Source: Candidatus Skiveiella danica (GTDB lineage Bacteria; Pseudomonadota; Gammaproteobacteria; Burkholderiales; Burkholderiaceae_C). Taken from it: a stretch of DNA of 64,000 bases. Below are positions 9,993 through 18,365 of this stretch, piece by piece; position 1 is the first letter of the stretch; each line of letters begins with the position of its first letter. The translations under genes and the position numbers were made by a program. The DNA is taken from NCBI GenBank assembly GCA_016721925.1, contig JADKHE010000006.1, positions 120,356-184,355 on the forward strand, in the 5' to 3' direction. The notes under the pieces are model-generated. The model did no database searches. It was not told where the DNA came from and saw nothing but the letters and a program-made list of their open reading frames with translations.

Positions 9993-10952
9993 TCAGTCGG
10001 GCAAATCGACGTGAATGGGTCGGCGTGGCATATTCGCGACATCGAAGGCGACAAACGCCAGCAACAACTGCAACCCTACCAGCGTTGGCAGGGCCGCCAG
10101 CATGATTGTGCCCATGGGGGCTGCAGTGCCGGTTGTGATGGACCTTGCCCAGTGGATTACGCCGAAAAGCAGGCCGAACAGCAGCATGCCTGATCCGGCA
10201 ACCAGTTCCAGCGAGGCCACAGTCATGTCGCGCAGGAAGTAGTTGTAGAAGATCCGTTTGCTGAAATTGCGCAAGTGCTTGCCAGCGAATTCAAGAAAGA
10301 TCTTGTGAATCTTCAGGTTGCTGATTTCCGTGCCATACCGCGCATCCATTGGAATGTCCACCACGACCGCCCGCACCGTATTCAACCGGAACAGCAGGTC
10401 GGTTTCAAAGAAATAGCGTTCACTGATCTTTTCCATCGGCAGGTGGCGCAATACCTTTGCATGGATTGCGGTAAACCCGTTGGTGACATCAAACAAATTC
10501 CAGTATCCGGTTGACAGCTTGGCGACCAATGAAAGCAGTGCGTTGCCCACCAGGCGCATGGCAGGCATGCGGTCCACTTGCGCCAGGTCGTAGAACCGAT
10601 TGCCCTTCGTGTAGTCTGCCTGCCCTTTGACGATCGGGGCGACAAACAGCGGAATCAGGCAAGGATCCATTTGGCCATCACCATCCACTTTCACAACGAT
10701 ATCAGCGCCGTTGCGCAGTGCCTCGGCGTAGCCCGTCATGACTGCGCCACCGACGCCGCGATTGACCGTATGTCTCAAGACCTTGACACGAGGGTCCTGA
10801 CAGCGTTCGGACACAAAATCACCGCTGTTCTGCGGGCACGCATCATCCACCACGTACACCTGAGTCACCTCCGGTCCCAGGCGGGCGATGACGTCCAGAA
10901 TATGGTCCTTCACACAGAAGCAAGGAATCACGACTGCAACAACGGTAGTCAT
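9993..10952 (-). CDS. GT2 polyprenyl-phosphate glycosyltransferase (DPM1/ArnC/GtrB-type, two C-terminal TM helices)
   Basis: 319-aa ORF with VVIPCFCVKDHI, VYVVDDACPQNSG, NRGVGGAVMTGY and VKVDGDGQMDP, plus C-terminal hydrophobic helices. It is an intact paralog of the decayed gene at 6435. Confidence 0.85.
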   Translation of the reverse strand: MTTVVAVVIPCFCVKDHILDVIARLGPEVTQVYVVDDACPQNSGDFVSERCQDPRVKVLRHTVNRGVGGAVMTGYAEALRNGADIVVKVDGDGQMDPCLIPLFVAPIVKGQADYTKGNRFYDLAQVDRMPAMRLVGNALLSLVAKLSTGYWNLFDVTNGFTAIHAKVLRHLPMEKISERYFFETDLLFRLNTVRAVVVDIPMDARYGTEISNLKIHKIFLEFAGKHLRNFSKRIFYNYFLRDMTVASLELVAGSGMLLFGLLFGVIHWARSITTGTAAPMGTIMLAALPTLVGLQLLLAFVAFDVANMPRRPIHVDLPD

Positions 10953-11034
10953 CAGGAAAAAATTTCAGAGATTGGGCCGAGGCGCGGGCAACACAACTCG
11001 CGTGCCATCCCGCAACCTGAGTGGGCCGGTGTCA

Positions 11035-12003
11035 TCATGCCACTGGCTCGGTCAGGGGCATGAATGGTAGCAAGTCAGCGGCCCACCACCCTCCCGGGTT
11101 GGCCATGATCGCGGCTGACATGAAACTGTAAACCCGATCAATTGTTGCCGGATCATTCGACGGCCCCGGTTCGCACAATGTCAATTCGTACCTGCCATTT
11201 GCAGTCGGCGCGCAGATGAAACCGCCAAGGTCACTGCCGGTGCGTTGGGCCAGTCGCACGGCACCCGCTGCCAGCGTGCGTCGCCCGCCGAGGAAGTTCA
11301 CAGACATCGCCGCACCGCCGGGTAGCACCGGGGCGTCTGCCAGCACCACCAGCGTTTCGTGTTGCTCCAGCATGCGGTAGAACGGCCGCAGCCCGGACTC
11401 CATGTCAATGACGCGCCCGCCATTCAAGTAGGTTTCAAGGCCACGGTACTTGTCATCAAAATGTCGCCGCACCGCCGGATCCACGCGAGGATCCTGAGTC
11501 ACGGAAGAAGACATCGAATTGACGACGCCGCCCGTGCGGCCGAGAAAGGCGATGCCCAGACAGAAACTTTCGTAATGCGGTGTCAGCAAAACCAGGCCGC
11601 GGCTGCGCCCGGCGCAAACAATTGATGCGCCGGGCGGTGTGAAGACACAGTGCAATTCCCGCACGCGGTCCGCGGCCAGCAGTTGCGCTTCGTACTCGTC
11701 ACGGGCTTCAGCGACAAAACGCGCGTCGCGCCATGCCATCAGTTGGGACTCGTCGGCCGTTACCGGCAGGTGCCGAAAGCCCGCCAGGCTTTGTTGCCGA
11801 ATGTGCCGAAACCCCAGCGCGACTGAACGCCAATCCCGGCCCGTTGCAGCGTTCAGGTGTCCCCGCAATTTTGCGAGCGAAAACCCCCAAGCCAACGGCA
11901 GACGGGCCAGAGACGGCAGCAGCCATGCGAAATCAAGATGGTGCAGCCACGAAACGCACCGCCAGATCAACTTGCGGGTTGGGGCTCCAAAGGATGATTT
12001 CAT
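11035..12003 (-). CDS. LpxL/HtrB-family (lysophospholipid/lipid A late) acyltransferase-like protein
   Basis: The start is taken at MKSSFGAPTRK (ATG 12003), which overlaps the upstream stop as ATGA. It has an HX4D/E-like LLTPHYESF motif and ...LVVLADAPVLPGGAAMSVNFLGGRRTLAAGAVRLAQRTG, typical of this family. The 385-aa ORF-track version has an implausible Arg-rich extension. Confidence 0.6.
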   Translation of the reverse strand: MKSSFGAPTRKLIWRCVSWLHHLDFAWLLPSLARLPLAWGFSLAKLRGHLNAATGRDWRSVALGFRHIRQQSLAGFRHLPVTADESQLMAWRDARFVAEARDEYEAQLLAADRVRELHCVFTPPGASIVCAGRSRGLVLLTPHYESFCLGIAFLGRTGGVVNSMSSSVTQDPRVDPAVRRHFDDKYRGLETYLNGGRVIDMESGLRPFYRMLEQHETLVVLADAPVLPGGAAMSVNFLGGRRTLAAGAVRLAQRTGSDLGGFICAPTANGRYELTLCEPGPSNDPATIDRVYSFMSAAIMANPGGWWAADLLPFMPLTEPVA

Positions 12004-12743
12004 GGCGCCACCCAGGCGATCGAATCGACAAAGGCAGCCACATCCCCAGGCCGGGTGATTTCGAAACAGGGAGTGCTCACGGGCAGGCGGTGCGCCCATT
12101 TCAACTCGAAAGCATGTCCGTTTGCCTTGACACGCTCGAAAAGCTCGCGTGGCATCGGTCCGCTTGACGGCGTATCGGACCAATGCTCGCAATAGGCGTC
12201 CACAACCGCACTCGCCAGGCCGGCCTCCTGTGCCTGAAGCACCAGATCCGTCGCATAGAAATCAAAACCGAGAGCCGGGTCCATTCTCAAAGGTGAATCC
12301 ACGCGCACAGCCAGCAAGAGTTCATCAAGGCTGTTGACCGGGCAGGGCAGGGCGGCCGGTTCCTTCAACAACTGTCCCCGATCGAGCACATGTCCTGCCC
12401 GCACAGCGCTGCGTCCCGCGCCGCTGATTCCATAGGCGCCGGCCACGGCCAGATTCGGAAATCTGAATCGCGCGTCGCGCAAGGCGGCCGCGAACCGGCG
12501 GTCCCAGCCTTCCGGCAAGAACACATCCTGATGGGCCCAGACCAGCCAGTCTGCCCGTGGGCGGCTGTCCAGGGTGGCATTGAACGCCATGGCTGCGGAG
12601 TCGCAATTGAAGTGGGCCACCCAAGGCAGGCCGCCGCGCTGAAGGCAGGGGGAGGCGGCGAGCCGAGCAGACAAAACGTCGATCCGGCTGACGCCCGTCA
12701 CCAACATGAGATCGGGAAGTCGGATTGCCTCGGACATCAGCAA
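12000..12743 (-). CDS. GT-A-like glycosyltransferase-related protein (Glyco_tranf_2_5-like), putative
   Basis: 247-aa ORF. The pattern WLVWAHQDVFLPEGW ... VNSLDELLLAVR ... GFDFYATDLVLQAQEAGL resembles the stand-alone glycosyltransferase-like family found in polysaccharide clusters. The assignment is from memory. Confidence 0.45.
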   Translation of the reverse strand: MLMSEAIRLPDLMLVTGVSRIDVLSARLAASPCLQRGGLPWVAHFNCDSAAMAFNATLDSRPRADWLVWAHQDVFLPEGWDRRFAAALRDARFRFPNLAVAGAYGISGAGRSAVRAGHVLDRGQLLKEPAALPCPVNSLDELLLAVRVDSPLRMDPALGFDFYATDLVLQAQEAGLASAVVDAYCEHWSDTPSSGPMPRELFERVKANGHAFELKWAHRLPVSTPCFEITRPGDVAAFVDSIAWVAP

Positions 12744-12906
12744 CTCCTGTCGTCAAAAAAGGGGCTGGCAACGTGCCGTCTACACGGAACTTGGCCGGAC
12801 CTATCGCCTCCAACCGAGGTGGAGTGGAGCTCGCCGTAAGCAGTCCATATAGACCGCAAGGCTTGATGTCCACCGAACGTTGGCCTGATATTCTTAATGA
12901 AATGCA

Positions 12907-13923
12907 TCATAGGAAGTCGGTGTCGCCTGCCATCAGCCACCAGTCAAGATGCTGCACCTGTTCCTCCGTCATGTCGGATGCCTTCGGTACGCCCAAAACG
13001 GCGGCCACCGAGCGCTGCGTCACGCCCGTGTCGGCCAGTCGAAGGGCCACGGCGGGCGAGGCCCATGTCGTCAGGCCGGCCGAACCCGACCGCGCGGCCT
13101 CCAGGCGAGCCAACGTGCATGCCATCGGCAACAGCGCGAGCGGACCCACCCAATCCAGCCACTGCAGGTAATTCGGGGCTGCTACGGTCGGCCCGAGCAC
13201 CACCACGCCGCACGGCAGCCTCTGCCAGGGGCGTCGAAGCTGCACGAAACGGTAGGCTTGGTCGGGTCGCATGGCAAAGCGCCATCGCAGGTAGGCGGCA
13301 TCGCGAACTCCCATGGAATACCGGCCTGCTTCTTGCTGCATTGCGGACCAGGCATGGTTGACCCTACGGTCAAATTCGGGGTGATCCACGGCCAGAGTTT
13401 CTGCACGCCATGACCATCCCGGACGAGGAAGGGCGCCAGTGCCGCTCCAACTCAGCGCCTCCACTGGTCCGCTATCCCAGCTAAGCCCCATCTTCACGGC
13501 CAGCCGCAAATGCCGTTCGTTCGGAAAGCCAAACGCGGCAAAAAAATCCTTTCCAGGGCCCAGCCGGCTGGAGTAAAGCCTCTCCGACACGTGATAAAAA
13601 GGCCCGCGGCGCCTCAGGACACCCCGCCACTCGGGCGCCACCATCACATCGCCGATCTGCAGGTCACGTGCCGGTCGGCCATGATGCAGCACGGTGCGCG
13701 GCGTGCCTCCGCAGTGCGCCACCAGTTCATTGCCTTGCCACAGACCCACCGCCTCGCCGCCGCCATGGCGGTACTTCCAGTCAAACCAGGCTGCATCCAC
13801 TGTCGAACCAAAAACACGGCGGTGCAGGCCCAAGACAGCTGTGCAATCGGATGGGCCGACATCCCGAAGTGTAAAAACCGTTCCAGCGATCTCGAGCATC
13901 TGGGCTCCGGCGTCGTATGTCAT
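12907..13923 (-). CDS. GNAT/FemAB-like acyltransferase
   Basis: 338-aa ORF with WFDWKYRHGGGEAVGLW..ELVAHCGG and QIGDVMVAPEWRG...GPFYHV, resembling the GNAT acyl-CoA binding core. It lies immediately downstream of wzt. Confidence 0.55.
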   Translation of the reverse strand: MTYDAGAQMLEIAGTVFTLRDVGPSDCTAVLGLHRRVFGSTVDAAWFDWKYRHGGGEAVGLWQGNELVAHCGGTPRTVLHHGRPARDLQIGDVMVAPEWRGVLRRRGPFYHVSERLYSSRLGPGKDFFAAFGFPNERHLRLAVKMGLSWDSGPVEALSWSGTGALPRPGWSWRAETLAVDHPEFDRRVNHAWSAMQQEAGRYSMGVRDAAYLRWRFAMRPDQAYRFVQLRRPWQRLPCGVVVLGPTVAAPNYLQWLDWVGPLALLPMACTLARLEAARSGSAGLTTWASPAVALRLADTGVTQRSVAAVLGVPKASDMTEEQVQHLDWWLMAGDTDFL

Positions 13924-13935
13924 GGGCTGACGGTT

Positions 13936-15193
13936 TTAAGCCTGCCACTCATGGGGCAAGGTCACCACGCCCTGCTCCAGGCCGTGTTGGGTCACTTCCA
14001 GTTGCAGACACTGTTCCACCTGATCGTATGGGTGCACGCCGTCCTCGGTGGTCAGAAAGCAGGTCACCGAATAGCGCCCCTTCAGCAAAGGCAGCCGCCT
14101 GAACAAGAGGGTCGCCTGTCCGCGTCCATCGCTGTCCATACGCAGCGTCACACCGTCATTGACCGAGCCGGCGCTGGCGACGGTCAACCCCGTCGCATCG
14201 GAGAAACCCACCGCCACGCCGGGAACCGGCAGGGACGGATCAATGGCGAACTCGATGGTGATTGCGACATCGGTCTCGCTCGAGTGCACATGCACCTGCC
14301 GGCCCTCCTCGTACTCGGTGCGGGCCACGGCACGAACAATTCGCCCGGTACCCTCAGGAACAGCTGTGCGCATCTGCCCAGGCGGGGCGTACGATGCGGC
14401 TTGCGACGCAAAGCCGCCCCCGGAAGCCAGGCTGGCGTTGTAGGCGCTGGTTACTTCCGCTGCCGAGCCTTGCAACCGCAGTTTGCCCTTGTCGATCCAG
14501 ATCGCACGTGAGCACAAGGCCTCCACCTGGTACATCGAATGCGAGCAAAACAAGATCGTCTTGCCTGAATCCTTCAGCCGCATGATCCGGTCAAACGATT
14601 TGCGCGCAAATGCACCGTCCCCCACCGCCAGCGCTTCGTCAATAACCAGAATATCGGGCTCCACGCTCGTGGCCACCGCAAATGCCAATCGGACGAACAT
14701 CCCGCTCGAATAGGTCTTCACAGGTTGATGGACAAACTCCCCGATATCGGCAAATGCCAATATTTCATCCAGACGTTCCTCCACCTCGTGATGCTTCAGT
14801 CCGAGAATGGCGCCATTCATGAAGACATTCTCGATGCCGGTGAACTCCGGTTGAACCCGGCCCCAGTTCCAGCAGGGCAGCCACCCTGCCGTGCACCTGC
14901 AGACGGCCCGTGGTCGGTGGCAGGGTGCCACACAGCATTTGAAGCAAGGTCGACTTGCCAGCGCCGTTGCGCCCCACCAGCCCCACCACTTCGCCGGGCC
15001 TGATCAGCAGATCCACGTCGCGCAATGCCCAGAACTCGCGGCTGAACTGTCGCCACCGTCCCCACAGCAATTGCTTCAGTCGGTCACTGGGGTGGGCATA
15101 CAAACCGTAGCACTTGCCCAGGCCGCGGGCTTCAATCGCATAACTCTGCGCTTGCGAGGCGGGGGCCACCATGGAGGCCGATTCAGACAACAT
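13936..15193 (-). pseudogene. wzt: O-antigen/polysaccharide ABC exporter ATP-binding protein Wzt with C-terminal glycan-binding-type domain; one apparent frameshift
   Basis: The N-terminal piece carries Walker [15 protein letters not shown] and ends ...RVAALLELG. The sequence then continues in another frame as [19 protein letters not shown]...YSSGMFVRLAFAVA...ILVIDEALAVGD...FCSHSM, followed by a ~170-aa beta-rich C-terminal domain. The shift lies at the G/C run near 14859-14864 and could be a sequencing error. Confidence 0.85.
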
Positions 15194-15986
15194 CGGAAAA
15201 CCCGGGCCTGAGCCGACGGAAAAGGGCGGCGCCCGCCCAAGCCACCGCCAGACTGGCAACGAAACTCAAGGAGCAGAGGCTCCAATCCGGCCACAGCCCC
15301 TCCAATAGCACCGTGCGTGTCTGGGTCATGATCGGTGCCAGCGGGTTCAGCCACATCCAGTCACGCAGGCCAGCCGGCAAGGCATCCACGGGAAAAAACA
15401 CCGGGCTCATGAAGACCAGCGCCGTCATCGCCATCGACAATATCTGGCCGATATCACGTATAAAAGTGCCCACTGCGCTCAGACCCCAGCCCAAGCCCAG
15501 GCAAAGTGGCAGCAAGGGCAACCACACCAGGGGCAAGGCCAGCGCCGACAACGGCACCGTCCCCATACCCAGCCACCGCAGGCCTAGCAGCGCTACCGCT
15601 GCGATGCCCAAATGCGCCAGTGCAGCCATCACACTGGCCCAGGGGAGGACTTCCACCGGGAACACCACTTTCTTCACCAGATGCGGTTGTTCCACGATCA
15701 GCAGCGGTGCCCGGTTCACACACTCGGCAAAGAAATTGAACACGGCAAGGCCCGCATAAAGGCGCAACGCAAAGGCCAGATTCCCCTCGCCCGGGGGGCT
15801 CCAACGGACTTGAAACACATGCCGGAACACCAGGGTATAGACCACCAGCATCAACAGCGGTGTCAGCACCAGCCAGGCCGTACCCAGCCAGGACTGGCGG
15901 TAGCGCGTGTGCACCTCCCGTCGGGCCAACTGGCCAATGAGGCCGGCGTGGCGCAACGGAAACAGGTACGACAAAAGGATACTCAA
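15183..15986 (-). CDS. wzm: O-antigen/polysaccharide ABC exporter permease (ABC-2 type) Wzm
   Basis: [34 protein letters not shown] plus six TM helices fit ABC-2 permeases. The start is assigned to TTG 15986 ([11 protein letters not shown]...) because no ATG lies between the crp-family stop and the conserved region. The upstream part of the 557-aa ORF-track entry overlaps the crp-family gene and is rejected. Confidence 0.75.
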   Translation of the reverse strand: MSILLSYLFPLRHAGLIGQLARREVHTRYRQSWLGTAWLVLTPLLMLVVYTLVFRHVFQVRWSPPGEGNLAFALRLYAGLAVFNFFAECVNRAPLLIVEQPHLVKKVVFPVEVLPWASVMAALAHLGIAAVALLGLRWLGMGTVPLSALALPLVWLPLLPLCLGLGWGLSAVGTFIRDIGQILSMAMTALVFMSPVFFPVDALPAGLRDWMWLNPLAPIMTQTRTVLLEGLWPDWSLCSLSFVASLAVAWAGAALFRRLRPGFSDVV

Positions 15987-16057
15987 ACCACCAGACCCAC
16001 GAAAATGAAGACCAAGGGCAAATCTGAACCACAGTACCTGAGCGCGCGGCCAGCGGC

Positions 16058-16765
16058 TCAGGCTTTCGGAGGATCGACGCGGCCTTCCGCAATTTCCTTC
16101 AGCATCTCGGGTCGCAAGACGCGCAACGCATGCCCATCGCGTTCCACGATTCTGTTGACGAACAAGAGCTGGAAAGAGCGCGTCACCGTCTCGCGACTCG
16201 CATTGATCATAATCGCGAGTTCCTGGTGCGTCGGAGCCTGATCGACCGTAGCCTGCGGCAAGTTCCCATCTGCAGCGCGCCTCGGCAATTGTAGTAGCAA
16301 CACGCAAAGCCTCTGAATGGGATTGGGCAGGCTGAGCAATGTGCGCTGCGCCATGACCGAACGCACGCGTTGCGCCAGCCGTGTCATCACCGCGCGGGCC
16401 AGTTCGGGGTGGTTCAGGATCAGCTGACGTGCCGTGCGCGAATCCAGAAAAGCCACCGTCGATTTGACGGCGGCCATGACGTATTCCGACAGAGGCTGGC
16501 TGTCCACCACGGACAACTCGCCGAAATAGTCCCCCGGATCCACAAAATACAAGCCCACGCTGCGTCCATCCACCGTGAAATCCACACCTTGTAGCCGTCC
16601 ATCCACCAGGAATCCCAACTCCTGAGCAGGACTGTCCTTTGACATCACCATCGCACGACGCGCAAAAGACCGCAAAGTCATCTGGCCTGAAAGCGATTCC
16701 AGCGTCTCCCTCGGCAGCGGCTGCAGCAGCGGAAACTGAGAAATCAATTGAAGCGAAGTCGGCAT
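16058..16765 (-). CDS. Crp/Fnr-family transcriptional regulator (CRP-type recognition helix)
   Basis: The start is at MPTSLQLISQFPLLQ (ATG 16765). It has a cNMP-binding-fold segment (YFGELSVVD...) and a C-terminal HTH THQELAIMINASRETVTRSF with the R-E-x-x-x-R arrangement of E. coli CRP. It is the first gene of the minus-strand wzm-wzt transcription unit, with a 71-bp gap to wzm. Confidence 0.85.
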   Translation of the reverse strand: MPTSLQLISQFPLLQPLPRETLESLSGQMTLRSFARRAMVMSKDSPAQELGFLVDGRLQGVDFTVDGRSVGLYFVDPGDYFGELSVVDSQPLSEYVMAAVKSTVAFLDSRTARQLILNHPELARAVMTRLAQRVRSVMAQRTLLSLPNPIQRLCVLLLQLPRRAADGNLPQATVDQAPTHQELAIMINASRETVTRSFQLLFVNRIVERDGHALRVLRPEMLKEIAEGRVDPPKA

Positions 16766-16855
16766 GCACCTCAAGTTTAGCGTTGGCCTGGTCTGTTGCT
16801 TCAGCCGGAAGCGGTTTAAGGAACCACAAGCGCCGACCTGTGGAACGACAGAACA

Positions 16856-16871
16856 TGTGATCGGGCGCACA
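16856..16871. promoter_or_regulatory. CRP-like box TGTGA-N6-GCACA in the divergent crp-family / fecR-like intergenic region
   Basis: TGTGATCGGGCGCACA has one mismatch to TGTGA-N6-TCACA. It lies about 90-105 bp upstream of the crp-family ATG and about 87 bp upstream of ATG 16958. Confidence 0.3.
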
Positions 16872-17024
16872 GCGAAATGCGGCCGAAGTGAGAAAATGAA
16901 CAAATTATTAGAGTTTGGGCTGTTGTCAGGCCCCGATTCACGGAAGGAGAGGTCGCCATGAATTCCTTGAACATGCCTGGATTTTTGCCCCATCGCCTCG
17001 CCTGCTTTCTGCTGAGCGTGGGCC

Positions 17025-18365
17025 TTGATCACACCGCTCATGGCTGCGCAAGGCAGTGCGGAGGTCGTCGGCGAGGTCACCCTGCTCATCGGGCAGGCGC
17101 AGTTGGTGGGTGCGGATGATGTCGTCCGTACCGTCGAGCGTGGCCAGCCTGTCCGGGCGGGCGACCGCATCGAAACCCGCGAAGGTGGCCACGTCCACGT
17201 GCGGTTCGTGGACGGCGGGCGTCTCAGTGTCCGGCCCTCCAGTCGTCTGCAGATCGAGAATTACAGCCACTCCGCAACGCAGCCGCAAGGGTCTGCCATC
17301 AAATTCCGTCTCGATGAAGGCGTGATTCGTTCCATTACCGGGACCTGGGGCGAGGAGGCACGCGAGCGCTTCCGCCTCAACACCCCGATGGCTGCCATCG
17401 GCATCAAAGGCACAGACTTTGTGGTCAAGTCGGACGCCAATGTCACTGCAGCGTCGGTCTATTCAGGCGCGATCCTGCTGGCGCCGCTGGATGATTGCGC
17501 AACTCCTCTGGGTTCCTGCCAGAAAGGGCGTGAAAAACTCTTGTCCGCCGACATGAAAGGTCTCATGCTCGAACTGAACCGTCAGCAAGGGGTGCCCCAG
17601 TTCGTGGCGGCGATCGACCTGTTGGCCAGCGCCCGGCGTCCGGCGGCAGGCGTGGGCATCGCGACGACGGTTCCGCCCGTCGTCGGTGTCGGCGTCGGTG
17701 CCGAAGCCAAGGCTGCCACGGGCGCCAATCTGGACAGGCCCATCGTCAACGAAGCCCGAAGCAGGGATCTGGTGGAGGCGGCAACCCAGATTGCCGCGGC
17801 CCAGATTGCCGCAGCCCAGTCACCGGTCGTCCCGGCGCCAGCTCCACCGCAGCCGCAGGTCAATGAACTGGTCTGGGCCCGGTATGCCTGGGTCAGGGAT
17901 GGCGGTCTTGACACCCTCAGCCAGACCTTCGAGCAGGCGTCGGCTGCCGGTCGCGAGTCCGTTGCCTTCGGAACGGCTCACGTGCTCACCCGGAACGCGT
18001 CGCCTGCGGGCGCTGTGTTGACCACCACCGATGCCGCGGTCAACTTCCGGCTGGCGGGGTCATCGGCCTTCTTCCAGCGCAACTTTGATCATGGCGTCGA
18101 GGCCGCCAAAGTGGACAACGGGACGCTGGCCGTGGATTTCTCGCGCTCGACGTTCGCCACCCAGTTGGGGGTGTCGAGTCCAACCTTGGGCGCTGACAGC
18201 GTGGTCGCCAGCGGCTCCATCGGCAAGGACGGCGTCATGCGCACCACATCCGCCAACGCGACCGTTCTCGGGGCCACGACGCTCGACGGCAAAGAGGCCG
18301 GCTATCTGTTTGAAAAGAGTATTCCAACCGGTGCGCTACGCGGCGTCACCCTTTGGGGACGATAG
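17025..18365 (+). CDS. FecR-domain protein (periplasmic partner of the CHASE2 cyclase)
   Basis: 446-aa ORF with a FecR-type beta-sandwich signature VRAGDRIETREGGHVHVRFVDGGRLSVRPSSRLQI and ...RFRLNTPMAAIGIKGTDFVV. The likely true N-terminus with signal peptide starts at ATG 16958 (MNSLNMPGFLPHRLACFLLSVGL) in another frame, implying a frameshift near 17021-17030. Confidence 0.75.
   Translation: MITPLMAAQGSAEVVGEVTLLIGQAQLVGADDVVRTVERGQPVRAGDRIETREGGHVHVRFVDGGRLSVRPSSRLQIENYSHSATQPQGSAIKFRLDEGVIRSITGTWGEEARERFRLNTPMAAIGIKGTDFVVKSDANVTAASVYSGAILLAPLDDCATPLGSCQKGREKLLSADMKGLMLELNRQQGVPQFVAAIDLLASARRPAAGVGIATTVPPVVGVGVGAEAKAATGANLDRPIVNEARSRDLVEAATQIAAAQIAAAQSPVVPAPAPPQPQVNELVWARYAWVRDGGLDTLSQTFEQASAAGRESVAFGTAHVLTRNASPAGAVLTTTDAAVNFRLAGSSAFFQRNFDHGVEAAKVDNGTLAVDFSRSTFATQLGVSSPTLGADSVVASGSIGKDGVMRTTSANATVLGATTLDGKEAGYLFEKSIPTGALRGVTLWGR

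Noticed and set aside
15987-16856. Upstream 290 codons of the 557-aa ORF 15183..16856, treated as part of wzm
   Set aside because: This part overlaps the well-supported crp-family gene in another frame and is Arg/Gly/Ala-rich. The ABC-2 permease homology starts only near 15986.
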